A DNA stretch of 64,000 nt from Marsupella aquatica. Taxonomy: Eukaryota; Plantae; Marchantiophyta. Shown here piece by piece: positions 1 to 11,800 of this stretch (position 1 is its first letter; the number at the start of each line of letters is the position of its first letter). The position numbers and the translations under genes are program-made. A model generated the notes under the pieces. The model saw nothing but the letters and a program-made list of their open reading frames with translations. It searched no databases and had not been told where the DNA came from. The DNA is taken from positions 19,905,224 through 19,969,223 of the forward strand of contig OZ316897.1 in assembly GCA_973895155.1 (NCBI GenBank), written 5' to 3'.

Positions 1-824
1 CTTCAAGAATGACTTTGAAGGAGATGGATGATTCGTTAAATGAGATTCAAAAGGGAATACTTGCAGTTGAAACTTTATTCTTAGAAGAGGAAGTGAACTG
101 GTGGAGAATGTTTTTTGAAGAGCAACGGGAATTGAATAAATCTTTGCTCCTTGATCAAAGACCATTGATTTTCCCTTTTCAATGGCCACGCTCCCAAAGG
201 GAGATTGCTGTTGCTGCTGAAGTTCCCAGAGTCCTTGTCAATGAAGAGGAAATTGAAGAGAGAGTATACGGACCTACCAGAGATATATACGTGGGTCCTT
301 ATCGGAATCAAGGAAAGATAGATGCAGAGAAGGAGAATATGGAAGGAGACTTTTCGGATCTTGAAGTCAACACTTATATTTCTGTTGCTGGAGAAGAATC
401 GGAAACATTTTGGGTGGCCAAGGTGGAAAGAATTGACCAGCGCGATGAGTTCAACATTCCAAAAATGATTTATGTTTTATGGCATGCTACAAAAACCGGG
501 TCAGATCCTTGGAAAGCCAAGTACTTACCAGAAGTCTTAAACTACGAAAAGAAGAAAAGTGGTCGTGGGAAAGGAACTTTGAAACCAATATGGTTTCACC
601 AAGAGCTTGATTTATCTTCAACGACTGTTTTTGCTTACAACTTCATGTTGACAAAATCTGATACATTGTACAAAAAGACAGTAGATCGAATCAAAATCCG
701 ATTGACTGAATTTTTGGCAGAAGAGAAAGAGCAAGAACAAGAGAATGGATCAACTAGAACCCCGCTAGGAGATAAATCTAGGGATATTTCGTTCCAAGAA
801 TTGAGGACTTCTAGATCTGAGTAA
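1..824 (+). CDS. Intronless ORF, probably 5'-truncated by the window edge; possible C-terminal part of a DNA-transposon-encoded protein
   Basis: 271-aa ORF (9..824) whose frame stays open to the window start. It has no introns and is followed by AT-rich dispersed-repeat sequence. The FWVAKV...IYVLWH...FMLTKSDTL segment is reminiscent of transposon-associated plant ORFs (recollection, not searched). Confidence 0.4.
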   Translation, partial: SRMTLKEMDDSLNEIQKGILAVETLFLEEEVNWWRMFFEEQRELNKSLLLDQRPLIFPFQWPRSQREIAVAAEVPRVLVNEEEIEERVYGPTRDIYVGPYRNQGKIDAEKENMEGDFSDLEVNTYISVAGEESETFWVAKVERIDQRDEFNIPKMIYVLWHATKTGSDPWKAKYLPEVLNYEKKKSGRGKGTLKPIWFHQELDLSSTTVFAYNFMLTKSDTLYKKTVDRIKIRLTEFLAEEKEQEQENGSTRTPLGDKSRDISFQELRTSRSE

Positions 825-2796
825 TGAAAAGTAGTTATTGTTTGTGACATTACCATTGAAAAACATGGATAACTTGAAATTTTACAAATTTTCAAAATGC
901 CTTTACCACTTATTCATGAATTCATGGTTAAAGTTTCTTGAAAAATTTGTAGTTTAATATTATCTTAGTGGGTTGTGTTTCAATTCAATTAGATGGTGTC
1001 ATTTCTATTCTCCTTGTCTTCTTTTCACAATAATGTGTATCAGGTTAAGTTGTAGTAATTTATTTTCTGGTTTTTAAATGACAATGGCTTTTGGAGGTGA
1101 TTTAGTTGTTGTTTCAAAAGACACCTCGTGTAATTGTGAGACCATTGTAGATAATAGTGTTGTATTTGAGATCATTTATTGGTGGAATGTAACTTCAGAT
1201 GAATTTGGTCATTTTTAGGTGTCAAAACATAGCTAGTTTATGTCATATTTTGTTCGCTCCATATTTTTGCTCTAAAATAGGTGCTAATTTTTGCACTTTT
1301 TTTGACTTTTTCGTTGTTTTTCTGATTTTTTGGCTAGAGTTCCTAAAGTATGGGCTTGTTACTCATCATTTAAGGCTTCTTGTTGAATGTGATGGGGAGG
1401 TCTCCATGTAATAGTGAGACCTGCAAGGGGGGTGCAAGATTGATAAGAACATCTTGGGTATCGTGGGTCACTTCCACAGAAGTGACATATCACATGCAAC
1501 AAAGTATATGGTCATTTAATTAAAAGGGTTAATTTGATTGAAGATTTATGGAATGACCAAGTTGTCAAAGGAAATATAAGGTTGTTTAATAGAAAAATGC
1601 ATACATATCATCACATGATTGGTGTTGTACAAATTTATATGAAGTTCGATCTTAGGTGGGGGCCTAAATGATCCAAACCTTCACACCTAATTACATGTCT
1701 GGCCCTCCATATATGAGGTGGCTGAGGAGTTGCACAATTATGCTCTATGCAATGAGAACATATGTTTGACCTTCTTTTTCTTCCCTACATCCCCTCACCC
1801 CCATGCCCTCTCTTTCAATTCTTTACTCCCACTCTCCTTCCCATTGCTGATCTCCATTGGCCCCCTTCCCCTCACCCCATGCCCTCTCTTTCTTACTCCC
1901 ACTAGATCTCCCACTAATTGCTGATCTCCATTGCCCCCCTTCCCCTCCCCCTTTTAAAAATGAGATTAAAATAGAGAAGAAATGACAACATCAACGTACC
2001 TACCTCCGAACAATCGATCAGAAATCGTTAGTGTCTCAAATTAATTAATTAAAGCAAATAGCCAAATACCTTTCAAAATCAATTTCCCTTTAATATTCAC
2101 TCCAAGCCAAAAATCTCTGGTCCATCTGATTCTGAAGAGTACTCTAGCTCCTTCAATGCTCCACGCCCGGCTCCAGGCCAAAGCACTTTATGCACAGGCT
2201 ATACTATGGACGCTAGGTTATTTAGTATACTTTGTATTTTACTGTATGTGAAAGCAATCTTGGGTACTACCCATTTGAGTCAATCCAACAGTCTCAAATA
2301 CCTTTCGACAGTATCTGACCCTTGGTGTGTGGTACAATACTGAGTATTGTTCCCTTAATTTTATCCTCACATTATTTTCACTTCTCACATTCAAGGAAGT
2401 CAAGTTTTCCTCGTGTGAAAGGAGAATTAGGAAACTAGACAAGCTCGGAAAATGAAAGGTGTTCAAGAGCACCATTAATGGACAGGAAAATCCAGCCACA
2501 AATATAGTAATATATAAACGCAAATAAAGAGTTTTTGGACAATTGGAAATGGCTCTGAGATGTCAACACGTACACCAGAGAACCGCAGCGCAGCAACCAT
2601 AGGTAACTCCCAATAACAGAAAAGTGTCTATATCACTAACCCCGCTAATGTCCATTACTCCTGGAGGATTTTAGTAGCTCAATGTACAATTATTCCTTAA
2701 AGAAAAAACCTACGTAATTAACGCTGCATGCCACTTGTCAACCTTTCCAATCACCCAGCCTCTACTGAGCACCCCCAAAGAAAGAAGCCAAAACGA

Positions 2797-3112
2797 ACAG
2801 TCTACCCGTCAAACCCCTTCAGTCACCAAGCAACTGAATTCCAATGAATAAGCCCAGCTGTTTATTACCATTTGTGACTCAGGGTTAATCATATGTAATT
2901 AATTATATTAAGCCAAATTAATGGAACTTATCTTTTAACTTTTCAAACCCATCAGCTCACACAACCTCTACTGTCCATGCATGCTCCAATTACTGTAAAC
3001 CTAACCCGACTGGAAAGACAATGAATATAGTCAGAGTGGATTTTGCTTCCTGTGAATTAGCTCACTATTTGCCACCAGGTAGTGTCAGATCGATGATAGA
3101 ATGCATCATTCT
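2797..3112 (+). repeat. Left arm of a diverged inverted repeat (partner 5684-5953)
   Basis: acagtctacccgtcaaacc, ccatgcatgctc, cgactggaaagacaa and gtagtgtcagat all recur as reverse complements, in reversed order, at 5684-5953. Confidence 0.85.
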
Positions 3113-3172
3113 GCGTTCTGCTAGTCATCCTACAACTGGCTAGAAGACAAAGAGTTATCATTCAGCTTCACG

Positions 3173-3380
3173 TAGTTGTCATCTGCCACATTTAGTTTCT
3201 AGCTCATTATCCCCAGTCATTATCACTTAGTTGTCATCTGCCACATTTAGTTTCTAGTTAGCTCTCCCCAGTCAGTATCACTTAGTTGTCATCTGCCACA
3301 TTTAGTTTCTAGCTAGCTGTCCCCAGTCAGTATCACTTAGTTGTCATCTGCCACATTTAGTTTCTAACTAGCTATCCCCT
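3173..3380 (+). repeat. 55-bp tandem repeat, ~3.8 copies
   Basis: Unit tagttgtcatctgccacatttagtttctag...ccccagtcagtatcact starts at 3173, 3228, 3283 and 3338. One further copy lies near 5981. Confidence 0.95.
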
Positions 3381-3745
3381 CTGGACAAGAATATAAGGAG
3401 CTTCCGCTCATTCTGGTCTTTCATTCCTCTCAGCATCTCGTTATCTATCTCTCGCACAATTGCCTGACCCACCGAGCACTTGCCTAGCACTTCAGAAGAT
3501 CGATAGACAAGAGTTGGACAGTCAAACCTGACTTTGCCAAGAGGAGATTGGACGGAACTTGTACGTCTCAGAAGGCCAAAGAAGGAACAGAATAGAACGG
3601 GAAGGGAGGGTTATCATCGTGCTGCTCAAGTAGGTCTCGATTTATTTAGGTCAGGGAGCTGTGAACGTCTCCAAACTCGGGGATCTACAGGTCGTGAATT
3701 AAGTGTCGGTACGGTGAGAGAAAAGAGGAAGCACGAAGATCCAAC

Positions 3746-4128
3746 ATGTCTCAAATTGAAGCTCAAGTGCAGCAGCGGTCAACGGAGCTTTACGTGGGTG
3801 ATTTAGAGTCTTATGTATCAGAGGATCAGCTTCATGAGATTTTCAGCCAATTCGGTCAAGTGGGCTCAATTCACATTTGTCGTGATCCGATTACAGGGTG
3901 TTCTCTTTAGCACGCCTACGTGAGCTACATAAACGCTGAAGATGCTGCAGCAGCCCTGGAGTTCCTGAACTTTGCTCCTGTGAATGGGAAGCCCATTCGC
4001 ATTATGATTTCTTGCCGTGACCCTACTGGACGAAAAAGGGTTCCGGCTTCGTGCAGTTCGAGCAGCAAGAGACTGCGCAGAATGCCATCACTAAAGTGAA
4101 CGGCATGCATGCTCTTGAACGACAAATA
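3746..4128 (+). pseudogene. PABP: Polyadenylate-binding protein pseudogene (RRM1 plus the end of RRM2), intronless
   Basis: ATG at 3746 gives ...ELYVGDLESYVSEDQLHEIFSQFGQVGSIHICRDPITGCSL*HAYVSYINAEDAAAALEFLNFAPVNGKPIRIMISCRDP, with an in-frame TAG at 3908-3910. It then jumps, with a frameshift, to GFVQFEQQETAQNAITKVNGM, followed by a catg duplication and LLNDK*. These match the PABP RRM1 and RRM2 signatures. Confidence 0.9.
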
Positions 4129-4717
4129 GGGATAACTCTGGTGAAGAGTTTGAGCAAGAGCACAAAAGCAGGATTCAACTACATCCGGGTTGCATTTTCT
4201 ACTGGCAGCCCCTTTTGGGTTTCATTCCCCCGCAGAGTACGTATTGGCTTATCTTACCAGCAACCGATGCTTGATGTACGTCTAGAGACCTGGAGGAAGA
4301 TAGGACCCAAGCTTCGGATTCCACGTTGTTCTTAGCGAGAATCAGCAAGGTGGCAGGCCTGAAAGAGGGGCAAAATCCAAGCTTTAATGGCCACCAGCAA
4401 TCGATGCTTGCTGTCTACAGACCTGGAGATGGACTGGATACAAATTCAAACTTCCAGGTTGTACGTTGGAAAGAATTAACAAGGTGGCAGGCCTGGACAA
4501 GGGCAATACCCAAGTGAACCTGAAATGGCCCGGTTTTCCAGAGACACAATCAACGAGGTGGTCACCACCGTGCTGAACGCAGATTTGGTAGTAGAGCTCC
4601 AGGACACCCACCTAGGACACCCACCTAAACAGCAGACACTGCCCGAATAGGGCATTGAGGCTTCCTAGCTTATCATCAGATATTCAAGGATTATCCGAGT
4701 CAAATGGTTTAGGGTGG

Positions 4718-5515
4718 ATCTTAAGCCGGCAACTCTGCCGAAGTTTTGGGTCAATTGCATTTTGTGTTTTGTGTTTACTCTATGGTGATATTTCTTGTTA
4801 AAAGGGAGAACATAAGAATACCTTGTGAAACGCTTTGTCAATGCTAGGATGTTTCGCCCAGGTGCTATTGCAAAGACGAGCAAAAAGTTTTTCAAAGCAT
4901 TCTAAACCATTTTTAAAAATAAAATTATATTCAAGTGTAATCTCATTTTATTTAATCTTACTACGCATGCTTTTATAATTTTGTCCCGAGCCGATGACTC
5001 TTTTGGGGTATTTCATAATACTGAACGATATATATGATATTACATCCATACTCAAGTTGTTGGGTAAGATCATGATATGTTCCAGCTCCGGCATGAATCT
5101 TAAGGCAACTCTGCCAAAGTTTTGGGTCAATTGCACTTTGTGTTTTGTGTTTTATTACTCTATGGTGATATTTCTTGTTAAGAGGGAGATAGCATCTTAC
5201 TTTCAAACATAAGAATACCTTATGAAACACTTTGGATGTACCGCAATGCTCGGATGTTTCGCCCAGGTGCTATTGCAAAGACGAGCAAAAAGCTTTTCAA
5301 AGCATTCTAAACCAGTTTTTAGAATAAAATTATATTCAAATGTAATCTCGTTTTATTTAATCCTATAACGCATGCTTTTATAATTTTGTCCCACAAGTAT
5401 AGAAAAGGAGAGCCGATGACTCTTTTGGGGCATTTCATAATACTGAACGATATGATATTACATCCATATTCAAGTTGTTGGGTAAGATCATGATATGTTC
5501 CATCTCCGGCATGAA
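4718..5515 (+). repeat. ~380-420 bp tandem duplication (2 copies)
   Basis: ggcaactctgcc.aagttttgggtcaattgca ... caagttgttgggtaagatcatgatatgttcca.ctccggcatgaa occurs at ~4718-5100 and again at ~5097-5515. Confidence 0.9.
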
Positions 5516-5683
5516 ACATCCTGTGGCGAGTCTAATATAAGATCCACTCAAGTGATGACATGCTGTGAATTGTTGCTAGTACATAAAACCCATTTTGAGT
5601 GAGAAGGAAGATTTCAAAACCAGCCGCTCGCGCGAGGCTAGTCATCTCCGTCAACGAGAAATGATATCACCGAGACTTATAGG

Positions 5684-5953
5684 AGAATGACCCATTGTAT
5701 CATCTGACACTACTTCGTGCCAAATACATAGTGGGCTAGTACGTTCACAGACAACAAATGTACTCTCACTAATTTGTCTTTCCAGTCGGGTTACTTTTAC
5801 AGTAGTACGAGCATGCATGGGGTTGAAAACTTGAAGATCGATCCCAGTACGTTGACTTTGCTTATATACGTAGGATCGAATAACCCCGACTCACAGGGGG
5901 TTATATATAAATAGTTGGGCTTAGTGAATGAAGAGGTTTGACTGGTAGACTGT
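5684..5953 (-). repeat. Right arm of the inverted repeat (partner 2797-3112)
   Basis: atctgacactac, ttgtctttccagtcggg, gagcatgcatgg and ggtttgactggtagactgt are reverse complements of left-arm motifs. Confidence 0.85.
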
Positions 5954-5980
5954 AAGCATTTGGTCCAGTACGTCGACTGG

Positions 5981-6290
5981 CAGTATCACTTCTTGTCATC
6001 TGTCACATTTAGTTTCTAGTTAGCAGTCAGCTCTGGAGATATATGTAACTTGTCTTCTGCCCACACTGATGCTTCATTCTATGTAACTTGTCTTCTGTCC
6101 ACACTGATGCTTCATTCATCTCCCTATCTAATTATCGTTTTCTCTCTCTATCGCGCAATTGCCTGATGTGGCTAGCGCTTCATCAGAAGGTAGATAGACA
6201 ACGGTTGGACAGTGCAAAACTGAATTGCAAGACAGAGATTGGACAGGTCCTTTATCTTCAGATTAGAATCTCAGAAGGGGAAGGGTAACA
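5981..6290 (+). repeat. Direct diverged copy of the region upstream of the PABP pseudogene (~3330-3610)
   Basis: Shares cagtatcact..ttgtcatctg.cacatttagtttcta, cgc.caattgcctga, cagaag..gatagacaa..gttggacagt and gagattggac with ~3330-3610. Confidence 0.75.
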
Positions 6291-8825
6291 TGACTCAGTT
6301 CATGTTCTTAGTCTCGTTGTATAAGCCAGTATTAATGTAGTTATAGAGCAGGATCTGAATTCCTTAATATTTGCTAATTAACTGGGGCTGGGCGTTAAAC
6401 GTGTCATAGCTGCTGAAAGGAGAGCTGTGGGACGTTCTCAAAATATGATTTGACGTAAGTGGCTAGCTATTCGTGGACCATCTACTATTCTGGTGAAATT
6501 TTTGAGAATAGCTTAAGCGACTCCAATGAAGCTGGTACAACACTTCAGTTTTGGTCAACTCACTAAGTAGTAGCATGCATGGCAGCCTTCACGAATTGGC
6601 GCTGCCTTCTTCCAAATACGCGCGCGTCTACAGCCTCTCTCCGACATTCGCAGGACAAACGACGGCTCAAATATCTGACAGCACCATAGCTGAGTTTTAA
6701 TCCTTTGAGTGATTTGACAGACAGTTGAGTACGTTTATTCTTGCCGACACCTTTTCTCACTAACAGCTCAAAAGATGGACATCTTGAGTTTGATTGCAGC
6801 AGCGCCCTTCTTCCCGTTAGTGCTCACATCTTGTTTTGGCTTCAGGCTTTTTGTTGCAAGCCATATAAGTGAATTTGAGGCATCGGGCACTTGCGCTCGC
6901 TTCTCCTCGATCTTTGAGTTTGTCATGAGACTCCATTCTTTCAGTAGAATGTATTGAAGCAGAATTTCTGGTTTGGAGCATTCTGTTGTGTTTCTCAGAA
7001 CTGACACCATTTTAGATCTAGATCTCCACTATAATCGATAAGGAAAACTGTACGCAGCTGCAAGTCTACAGATTCTAGATACTCCACTCCAAAACGTTAC
7101 AATAAGCTCTTGCTTGCTGCAAACTATATATCTGCTATTATGTTTCTTGTACTCGTTATGGATACGGATCACAGTCCAAAACGTTTGTGGAAATAAAGTA
7201 AAGTAAATCGTTTCTTACGGGTCCATAGACAAAGTAGCAGGGTTTTGGACTTGAATTATATATAAAAATGTACAAAGTTACTGCAATTAAATTATGACGT
7301 TTCATATATTTTTTATGTGCCCATATGTATATTATTTATGGAGATTTGTGGTACCTGAGGTGACCGTCGCCGATAGCATTGAACCCCTACATCCCTACTT
7401 ACCTGAGCGTGGGCAGACATGCATTTGTAGGCGGGTGACAATTAACAAGGCGCCTTGAAGATCTTCAGCTTGTTTGGTCCATTTGGATTATCAAGGCTAT
7501 CGGTCTCTCGTGATCATCAGAGGATTAAGTTTGCCTTTCCCTGCTTTGTTTGGCTTAACTCGAGTTAGCCATGAAAAGTTAAGGAACATACTAACGTGGC
7601 TGTTAGCGAATCCAATATAGCAGAGTCATGATTGATAGCGTCGTGGTTGATGTTTTGTCAAATGCTTCTTCCTTGTGTAGTCGTGGTTTATGTTAGGGCA
7701 ACACTTATTTCCAATGGAGTCATACCTATATCATGAGATACTGTTCAAGGGGAGCCTAATACTTTGGTTGAGATCATGATTAATAGAGATTTGGTTTATG
7801 TTGTCTAAAATACTTATTTTCTATGGAGTTGTGGTTTATGTTTTGGTAACACAAGTCGATCAGGCCAGAGCGGGCGACAGAAAGTGAAGGGTGCCCAAAC
7901 ATAAACCCGAAGTCGATGGCACAAAGTTCATCGGGCTAGAGCGGGTGTCAAAATGTTAGAGTATAGGTTTATGTTTTGGCAAACTCGGGCTCAAGTGGGC
8001 AGCAGCATTGGGGACTGGGACGGACAGCATAGGTACGGCGCCCTTAAAAAGTGGGGGCACATTAACTCGATATAGATTTAACTTGCAGTTTTAGCAACTT
8101 CATAAGTTTTCATGCACACTCAGGAATATTTAGACTTCAAATCCAAGGGTCATAATGAGTTCTGCAGTTTGTAACCAGACAATAAATTATTATCTCTCAA
8201 AACTTGAGCTCAAGCTACCCTCCAAACACAACATTACTGTTAACTTACATACCTAAAGATCTAAGAGGGTTTTTCATGTTTTGGACTAATTTGAACAAAA
8301 GTACAGAAGAATTTTTCATAATGAGGTGATCCAAATCTTGTTCTCCACAGATGCCCCGGAGTAGAAGGAGCATATTCGGCCAGGACTTGACTTATTATAA
8401 ATCAGTGACATCATTCTGCTGTTTCGGCTTGGCGATTTCCGTCGAGTCCTCGTGATGGGAGGCGGGTGCCCTGTCACATTGACGGAGCAGCTGAAGAAGC
8501 TGCACCGCGGTGACGTGAAGCTTTGATCCACTTCTCCTATCGCAGAGTGAGCTGGCTGCGATGCTATCGATGCCAATTACGTGTGGGAAAAGCTCGAATT
8601 AATTTGTAGCTTGAGCAGCAGACGGATTGCAGAGCTGCAGGACCTTTTCTCCGACTCGTCGGCGTGTTCGGCAGCCCAGCAGTAGCGGAGATTACGTGGA
8701 GGTGGTGCAATTGAGAAGCAATTCGGTGGAGTTGTGAGGCACCGAATTCAATTGTACGTCGTGTTTCAACATAGAGAGGGTGAAAGAGAAGGGAGGTCGT
8801 TCGTGTCGTCGCTCAATTTGTGGAG

Positions 8826-11800
8826 ATGGATAACATGGAGGCCGAAAGAGCGCGCCTGTCTCGAAGAACTTCGGTTCTGGCAAAGCATTTTTCGCAGGTC
8901 GCAGCCCATCATCAGCGGAGGGCCTTGGAAAGCGTCCCCTGTTTGCAGTATACGCCTCCTGAAGCCAACTCAGGTGAGACCATTCTCCAAGAAGGGCATT
9001 TTAATTTTCGGGAAGGAAGAGTTTACGAAATTCTCTTCTGCAATGGAGCTCCCGTGGAAGCAAGGAATGAATCCATTGCTAAGTTTGCACATCTTCAATT
9101 AAGATAGATTGAGACAAAACTAATGAGGGTCGGAGAGGGGACAGAATGTGTAACGAAGACTAAGGAGGCCTCCTCGGTCTTAATTTTTGCGTGATAGATC
9201 AAGGGAATTGTATTGAGTACCAATTGGACGTTTGTTCAATTTCTTGGGGTTGCACCTGCACAACGTTCTAGATTTCCCGGTAGCCCAATCCAATAATTCA
9301 TTGTTCTAGGACAATTGTGAAACTGCGGAGATTTGACCGCGTTGAATTTTTTTAAGAAAACACGACTGCGGAGACGAGTGGGGTGACGGTGGGCACCGAG
9401 TAACGAGTCGAAATTTGAGACTAATAAAAATGTGATTACCAACACTTCCTAACTCTGTCATGGAAAACGATCGTCTGGGGGACAACGATAACAATTGTTT
9501 CGTTTGATCTTCCAGGGGTATCCGCATTTGACATTGCCACCATGCGGGAGCTAATGGATGGCCATGATGTCGAACATCGAGACAGAATCGTCGATCTGAT
9601 GAGACAGAGTAAACTGTTCCACTATAAAACTGTGGGTGATTTAACTTATCTTCAACCTGATTACAGTGACTTGTTGGACACCCAGCGGCAACTAACCATG
9701 GACAGGATACTTTACTTGAAAGAGCATGGACTGTTCAAAGGCAGTCTGTCCAACCCAACACCTGAACAGCAACTGGAAACAACAGCTTTGTTTGAATGTA
9801 TGGCCTTGTTCGACCACGCAACGTCCATTAAGGCAGGCGTCCATATTCACTTGTGGTAAGTATGCTTGTCAAGATAGTACTCTACATGTACAGTAGAGTT
9901 CATATCTGTCTAGCTTGCTTGATGCCAGTGGATCTTAAACTCAAGACAATCGTTCAGTAGCAAATCCAATCGCGACCAATTCAGTTCTTACCACTTGCCC
10001 TGGAAAATAGGGTTACATTTGTAACTGAGTTTTGTGATTCTGAGTACTTGTTCACAATGGATGTAGTGAACCACTCGCATACAAATACTTAATTATATCT
10101 GACCACTACTCTCGGAAGAGGTTTGTTATGGAAACCTGATTAACGAGGGAATGGAAAATGAGAGTTAAGTGTCATGCAACATTTGTCATATTTTCCAACC
10201 GTTCAGCTGAAGGTTAGTTCTCGTTCTTCATCCTAGGGGTGGAGCTGTCTTATTTTTTGGGACAAAACGGCATCATGATAAGTGGCTGCAAGCTACAGAG
10301 GACTTTGCCATCCGAGGCTGCTTTGCAATGACTGAGCTCGGGCATGGCAGTAATGTAAGCGTCTAACTTTGCTTTCTGATCTTTTGCATGGATCTCCGTC
10401 TGTTCATTGGGGGCAATCGTTTAAATTGAAATCCGAAGTAATTTTTATTGTTTATACATTTATATCTAACAAGTTTGACGGGAATTTGGAAGCTGGTTGC
10501 CAGACGTGTTTAGATGATTCAAAGCGGAATTCGAACTTATCTTAGTTTTCAGCTTCAAGTTGCCTGTCTGAAACGAACGGCCTCATGTGCATATGCAAAT
10601 AAGAACACTGGTTGCTTCGAATAGTGGACCAGTTCTTTTATGAGTTGTCATCACGAATGGACTGCCGTTACCACAAACATCTTGATGACTGGTCCACATA
10701 AAAACGGTGGCTTGAAGACTCTTTGCCCACAAGAATAGTTTAGAGGACGGCTATGTAAAGCAACATTTTTGGCTTTCTGCAGGTTCGGGGTATTGAGACA
10801 GTGACGATTTATGATCCTGCAACTCAGGAGTTTATTATCAATACTCCCTGTGAATCTGCTCAGAAATACTGGATTGGTGGAGCTGCGCAGGTAAATATTC
10901 TTCTGTCTGTTTTGATTTTTCATCATCAATTGGGCCAACCTTGACCTGACGCTGTTCTCTGATCAACGCAAATCGGATCAATGGAAAATCTGAGATTAGT
11001 TGGGATACAGATCATCTCACCTCTTTTCTCCTTTTGGCAGCACGCAACCCACACGATCGTGTTTTCTCAGCTGCATATTGGCGGAAGCAATGAGGGTGTG
11101 CATGCATTTATATGCCAGATTAGGTATCCGAACGGTCAGCTCTGTCAGGGAGTTAAAGCAGCAGACTGCGGTCATAAAATTGGGCTCAATGGAGTGGACA
11201 ATGGACGTCTGTGGTGAGTAGTTTCAGCCCTTCAAAAATTGGAAATGTTGAAAAATAAAGCAAACCAAATAAAAGGAAAACATGTTTCCGTGTCCTGTGG
11301 TCTAGCCGTATCGATGTGGCTATTCTTTGTTGTCTTCTTAGAGCGATTGACTTTCAATACTGTATGACTGAGCTTGTTTAGATTTGGAGAGTGTTTTGTT
11401 AACTAGTCTTGTCACTTGCTTTTGCTCAAACTGTTAGTTCTGGCAATTTTGTAAGGTTGTTTTTGGAGCCAAGTTTGATGAAGAAGATGACTGTTGTTGA
11501 TATGGGTTTCTTTGACTTTGTCAGGTTTGACCATGTCCGGGTACCCAGAGAAAATCTGCTCAATTCTGTTGCCGACGTTACTCCTGAGGGAAAATATGAG
11601 AGTTCGATTAAAGACAAAGATCAGGTACTTCAGGCAATCTCAATAGTTGATGTCTACTACCTGCTTGCTGAAATCAACTGCCGTTGGCTGAAATAGGAAG
11701 GATGGACTGGGATCCAAGTCGATACGAAAAATTGCTTATTATCTGATCGAAAATCATCTAGACTCGTGTTTACATGATCTCAGCGTTTTAAAGTGTGCCT

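Noticed and set aside
3173-3380. CRISPR-like appearance of the 55-bp array (also the 39-bp, 26-bp and ~72-bp arrays)
   Set aside because: Units repeat over their full length with no unique spacers, there are no cas genes, and the context is eukaryotic.
6563-7010. Two consecutive minus-strand ORFs that could be a frameshifted gene
   Set aside because: No recognisable domain or splice structure, so it cannot be supported.
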